Below, in pieces: positions 33,605-39,020 of a stretch of DNA of 39,020 nucleotides. The DNA lies in the NCBI GenBank assembly GCA_049999805.1, contig JBNGIO010006289.1:102180-141199 (forward strand), read 5' to 3'. A program made the position numbers and the translations under genes. The notes below the pieces were generated by a model. That model saw only the letters and a list, made by a program, of their open reading frames with translations, ran no database searches and had not been told where the DNA came from. How positions within the stretch are numbered: position 1 is the stretch's first letter; each line of letters begins with the position of its first letter. Source of the stretch: Folioceros fuciformis. Taxonomy: Eukaryota.

Positions 33605-36600
33605 ATGACGGTCGGTAGAGATGTGGAAGGTAACCTTAGCTGATGGATCCAGTTACGGATTGGAAGTTGGGATGATCCCTCAAACTCGATTCTCCTCCTC
33701 GTTTGCAGGATTTGTTGATTTGCTGCCTGCCGAGGTGATCTTTGGGTACCATAAAGAGCAGCCCAGATTGTCCTCGGATGGCAAGCTGTTGGCATACCTT
33801 GCACCGTCTCCCGATGACGTTTTGAACGTGGTACGTACTTCCGCTCGTGAAAAACGAGAACTGACGGGCTGCTAGAAAACCGTGTTGCCGAGGAGCTATC
33901 TGTAGTGGCAATGTCTTTTGTGACTGTGTCTTGCCTGTCCCGCAGTTTGTCCGACCCCTGGAAAGCGGTGAAGATGAAGCTAAGCAAGTCACCAGGGAAA
34001 CTCATCGAGGGGTATTGCTCGTCAGACCCGGGATTTGCTGCAACCCGTGCGTCTGCTGGTTCTGTTCTCATTGAGCTCACTTCTCTGCGCTACTGGGTAT
34101 GTAGGTTCGCTGGTTCATATGGAGCCCGTCCTCAGAGTATATCATCTACAAGCAAGATGACGGAGGTAGGGAAAAGTACCAGCACCTTGCCCTTTTTTGT
34201 GTCCCCTCATTTCTTCTTGCCGGGGTCGTTCCCATTGCTCTCAAGTTCATAGCAAATTTCTTTGCAATGGACAGGTGATGAGGACTGGCATCACTATGCG
34301 GTTGAACTGGCCACTGGGAACATCCGGGATCTTACTCCCTTTGAGAACGTGCACACCAGGTTCATTCCCAGTGCCACAAGTGGAATTCGCCCGTATGAAC
34401 TCTACTTTTACATCAACCTCCGATCCAAAGAAGATTTTGATGTGGTGCGTAGCCCTTGCATGTCTTTCTTGTGCCACATTTCTGCCTCCAGTAGATGGGG
34501 ACATGCTGGAAGGTGTGTGATAATAGTGCTTGTATTTCGCTCAAGCTGAAGTACGTGCATGCTTTCCGGATGGTTGCAGCACCGGATCAATATACAGACA
34601 GGAGAAGCATCTCTTGTTATCCTGAATCCTGGTGACGTATCTGAATGGCTGAGCGACAGTAATGGTGTGATTCGAGGAGCGCTTGCATTTCACAGCGATG
34701 GTGGCCATACAATTCGCGTCAGGGATACAGCAGACTCACCCTGGAGGGACTTGTTGAGCTGGACATCTCAAGATGAGGGTGGCCTGGTAAGAATTTTAGT
34801 TTGCTTCACGCAAGTTCTAGAAACATGAGATGATGACTGGCACGTTTTTGTTACTTGTTATGTTCTGCAGGTCGGCTTCAAGGAGCCAAACCAACTTTAT
34901 ATTCTCTCGTCTTTGGACTGTCCAACAACACGCCTGCTGCTGGTGCAATACTTATCCTTTTTGCTTCACGGAAACAGGGTTTCTTTCTGTTTGTCACAGA
35001 CTGAGATTGTGGGCAACTTTGTGATGTATCGGTGTTGCAGATTAACACCGACGATGGTAGCATTGTCAAAGTGATTGCATCACACCCGAAATGTGATATC
35101 ATGGGCATCAAAAAAGACCTCTCTAAGGTGCTGTTGATGGACTTCAAAACCAAAGAATATCAAGCTGTGGGTTTTTACCACGATCGTCTTCAGTGGAAGG
35201 TCTTAGATCCAAGGTAGGGATCTGCGCCTCCAGAATTTTTTGTCATCAGGACCCTGCAGCTTGAGACATTTTGGAAATTGTTTCTCAGGAGTTAGATGTT
35301 ACAACTGCTCTTGAAGCAGGCCGTCTTCTGCAAGGGCCCGTCTCGCTTATGATTGTGTGTCGCCTCATGCAGCATTGAGGAGGATTTCAACTTTTTGTTA
35401 AGCTACAGGGAAGGTGGGCAAATGGTTGTCACCAGTAGAGATCGTACCAATCGCAGGTAAAATGTGATTAGTGGTCGAACGTTTTTCCAACTTCCCTTGC
35501 TTGGCCACGCTTGTTGGTTGCAGTGGTGTCAGTTTTCGGATGTTCCGTTGGATGGCTCAGGTGGGTGATAACTTACGAGTTCGACAACAAGAGCGGAGAG
35601 AGCTATGTGTACGACAGGGAATCGAAATCGATGTCTCTGCTTTTCCAGCATCATCCAAAGCTGAATAAGTGAGTGCTCTCTATATTTTGCCAAGCAAAAT
35701 GCAAGCTGTGCATCGTTCTGAATTTCGTTTGGCAGGTACAAGCTTGGGTCGATGCACCCAAAGTTTGTCAAGTCTCGGGACGGCTTGGATGTTCTCATTT
35801 ATCTGACGTTGCCTGCGGATGTCGAGGTAGTAATGGTCCCTGAGGCACACTGTGTTGATGATGTTGGAAGTGACTCGACTAGTTTCGTAACTCTGATGAC
35901 TTGGGACAACAACTGAACTATTCTACTGGCATGCAGCCAAAAAGCTTGCCTCTCGTGTTGAGGATTCATGGTGGCCCGTGGTTCCGTGACTGGTGGGGCT
36001 TTGATCCGGAGGCCCAGTTTTTGGCCAGTCGTGGTTACGGTTAGATTTTCTACTCGCATTCAAGTTAATGTGGATCCAAATTGTTCCTCTGAAGTAGCCG
36101 CGTCACTCTGTGAGGAATACCGTTGCTGATGCGCGTTGGAACCAACAGCCGTCATGCAAGTGGAATACAGAGGGTCAGATGGCTTTGGAAAGAAATTTCT
36201 ACATGCTGGAGATAAGCAGTGGGCAGCGAACATGCAGGTAGTGGGTGAACCAAGATTGTGGTGTGATAGTCTTCCCCGTGAGACGGGCACTGCCCACAAT
36301 GGATGAGGTGGTTGTTGTTGTTGCAGAACGACATCACAGATTCGGTGTTGTGGGCAATCAGTGAAGGCATCGTCGACAAGGAGCGGGTGGCAATCACCGG
36401 CATTTCCTTCGGTGGATTCTGCACACTGTCTGGAATCACCTTCACCCCAGGTAAGCGGTGAGGTTAAAGAAGAGAGGTAGGCAGCCGTCCAGATGGAATG
36501 TGGGTGACAATGTTGACGCCGGTGTGTGCAGATCTGTACAAGTGTGCAGCCGAACTGGTGGGGCCTTCTCAGCTCTTCACTGTGACCACAAAGATAGTTC

Positions 36601-37345
36601 CATACTGGTGAGTGAGTGCGGATGGTTAGCTCTTGCTGCCTGTGGGTGATACAGAGGATGTGCACTGATAATCTGTCGTGTGTGGTAGGAAACCAAGGCG
36701 GAAGTTATTGAACGACCGTGTGGTAGACCTGAGCAAGGACCATGAGCTGAACAAGAGTCGATCACCCGTCTTCCATGTCAGACTGCGACGCGCTATCCAG
36801 AATCCTGGCTTGCTGAAGTGATTAAGGTGCATGCCTATGGTATTGACATCACAAATTTGCCCTGCAGGCCCAAAACGTTCGCGTACCACTGATCATGGCA
36901 CACGGAGCCAATGACATCGTTGTAAACCCAGGGGAAAGTGTTCAGGAGTATGAGGTAAGAAGATGGTGGTCGTCGAGGTAAAAGCGGTGAGGGATCTATA
37001 TATACGGGCTGGGCTGACTGGTGGATCTGGGTGGTGTGCAGGCCCTGAAGGCTGCTGGCAAGCAAGTGGAGTACCTCATCTACAAGGATGAGGTAAGTGC
37101 TAATCTGGCAAAGTGCAGCAACGACAGCAGAAAGCAGCTTGTTGGTTGGGACCTAACATGGGGTGGGTGAACAGGGGCACTGGCTGGAGCGGCCTCAAAA
37201 CAAGTTGGACTGGTTCTGGAGAGTGGAGAAGCTGTTCCACAAGTACTTGGGCGGGAAGTTGGGCCCCCGGCCTCCTGTGCACAATTCGGGTGCTGTCATG
37301 GTGTCGTTGCCCTTGGAGATGGGAGAATCAGAGCAGAAAGTGTAG
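33605..37345 (+). CDS. S9 family serine peptidase (dipeptidyl aminopeptidase/acylaminoacyl peptidase-like; beta-propeller + hydrolase), ~19 exons
   Basis: Exons give [60 protein letters not shown], nucleophile GISFGG (~36399), HGAND and DEGHW, so the Ser-Asp-His triad is intact. The start ATG at 33605 is inferred from splice phase. The stop is at 37343-37345. Confidence 0.88.
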
Positions 37346-37794
37346 GGACATGATTCCTACGTGAACAACATTACACAGGCTCGCACACTATTGATAGTAA
37401 CAGGCAAAGTCCATTCCAAGTGTATCCGACCGTCGTTTCGTCCATATTAATTCATATCCGTTTCCTCTAAAGAGTCATGCGGAGTGAAGGTATTCCCGCT
37501 AATGGCAGAGGCAGGGGGGCCGCAGGCGCATGCTCGGCACGCCTCGGCCGAATTGTCAGGCGCAATAGTTGGAATATTTGGGTGATGGCAGCAAATCTGG
37601 CTGGGCTTGTGCTGTGTGTATAAGGAGGCATTTTTGATGCATCTTCTGTCCGTGTGGCGGGGGCGCGTCTGGAGCTCGGAGGATTGAAGCGCGCTACGGC
37701 GCTAGGCCAATGGGAAGACTGCAGAAGAGGCGCGCGATTGTGGCAAGCGCAGCGCGCTGAGGAGGGCCCACGCGTCTGCTCTTCCTGCTCCCGC

Positions 37795-37820
37795 TCCTCT
37801 TCCTCGTCCTCCTCCTCCTC

Positions 37821-37851
<31 letters not shown>

Positions 37852-37856
37852 GGCTG
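37795..37856. repeat. Compound microsatellite (TCC)n(TGC)n
   Basis: Directly visible trinucleotide runs. Confidence 0.9.
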
Positions 37857-39020
37857 CAAAAATATCCATTCCACACAGACCTAGTCTAGTCGGCTCCGAG
37901 TGCTGGGGCCAAATTGAATGCGATATCCGGGCGAACGAGCCCGCTCTACCTCTCGTAGAGGCATGCGCGCCATTGGTGGAGTCGTGCTAGGGCTGGCTAG
38001 GGTTTGGCATGGGCATTGAGCATGGGGCAAGGGCATGTCCTGAACCCCGACTCCTTTCCTTTGTCCTTTGCTGTCCTACGGTTCCTCCTCCGGGATCATT
38101 CCCTTGGCACCACCTTTCCCTAGCCCCAGCCAGCCAGCCAGGGCCGGCTGGGGTGCCTTGCTGCTGCTCTTCCTTTCTTCTTGTCTTGCCTTTCCCTCCC
38201 TTCCTCCCTTCCTTGCAAGTTGGACATGATGTTGGCAGGGAGGTGGGCCGGGGATCGGAGGAGGAACAGCGTGTGGTGATGGATAAACGGAGTGGTGTAG
38301 TCGGAAGCAAGCAAAGTGGAGGTCCGGCCAGGCCAAGCCAGGGATCCCATCCAACAGGCGAGCACAAAGGATGGGACGGATGCCAAGGACTGACTGGACT
38401 GAGCAAGGGAATCTGCTGCGGATGGATGATGGAGCGACGCAGGTGGAGCTATGATCGTGTCAAGCGCGTGGCACATGATCCCTGATGTGCATCATGGGTC
38501 ATAGCGGCCTGATGAGGAGGCATCGTGACACGTCGGGGACTGGGAACGGAACGGCGGTGCACGGCAGCGGACAGTAGCAGCAGCAGCAGAGCGCGTAACG
38601 GGGTGGTTGTGTCGCGGCGCTGTCTGTGGAGGCGCCGCCCGGATCGGGCCGGGCCGGGCCGGGCGGGGAGACGAGAAGAGGGGCAGGGGCCAGAGGCAGC
38701 AGGCTTGTGGCCTTGGTTGTTGATGTGCGCGGGGGGAGGATCGAGGCCACCGGTTGGCACCGGTTGGCGCAGCTGGGCCGTACCCTCCCGTGTTGGCCGT
38801 GTTGGGAGCGGTGACATGCATTTTTGGCTGTGTGGACGAGTTGCGGCCCCGATACGATACGATGCGATACATCATACTTGGGCTTGGGGCTTTGCGGGTT
38901 TATGGCAACGTTATGTACGGCGACGTGAGCCCGAGCTGTAAAGGATGATTGCACGTGTCGGTGCAGAGGGTGGCAAGCGGGCGGCCCGCGCCCTGAGCTC
39001 CGACATGTACCCGGGGCAGC

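Noticed and set aside
33286-34080. 264-aa minus-strand ORF
   Set aside because: It is antisense to the 5' exons of the S9 peptidase and has no recognisable motifs.
37467-37884. Poly-Q/E and poly-S/C ORFs
   Set aside because: They are translations of a microsatellite with no recognisable domain.
37880-39020. Overlapping ORFs and small hairpins in the GC-rich tail; possible Helitron end near ctagtctag
   Set aside because: Long ORFs are expected at this GC content and show no family motif. The hairpin-CTAG spacing and A/T target do not fit a Helitron.

Overview
Compact, intron-rich land-plant nuclear DNA. It is most consistent with a hornwort-like genome: introns of about 75-110 nt, 10 protein genes in about 30 kb, and a DYW:KP/'DRH' PPR gene. 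The taxon is inferred, not proven. Bases 1-~5100 hold a decayed Ty1/copia LTR retrotransposon on the - strand, cut by the window edge. Bases ~5600-7300 hold a heavily degenerate CRE-like (restriction-like endonuclease) non-LTR retrotransposon followed by a 30-bp tandem array. The genes, in order, are: intronless DNAJC11/ATJ13 (+), a CCX cation/Ca exchanger (+), then an AT-rich repeat-containing spacer, threonyl-tRNA synthetase (-), a PLS-PPR DYW:KP protein ending in DRH (+), a GCK-domain protein (-), INTS11/CPSF73-II (+), a small single-TM protein (-), mitoribosomal mL43 (+), WAV2/ABHD13 (+) and an S9 peptidase (+). The window ends in GC-rich low-complexity DNA. The main findings are: (1) the candidate reverse (U-to-C) RNA-editing factor, with a readable PPR code; (2) a probable U12 intron and a structured poison-exon candidate in WAV2; (3) the CRE-like retroelement relic; (4) repeat-built extensions in ThrRS, the GCK protein and INTS11. 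All exon boundaries were read by eye.
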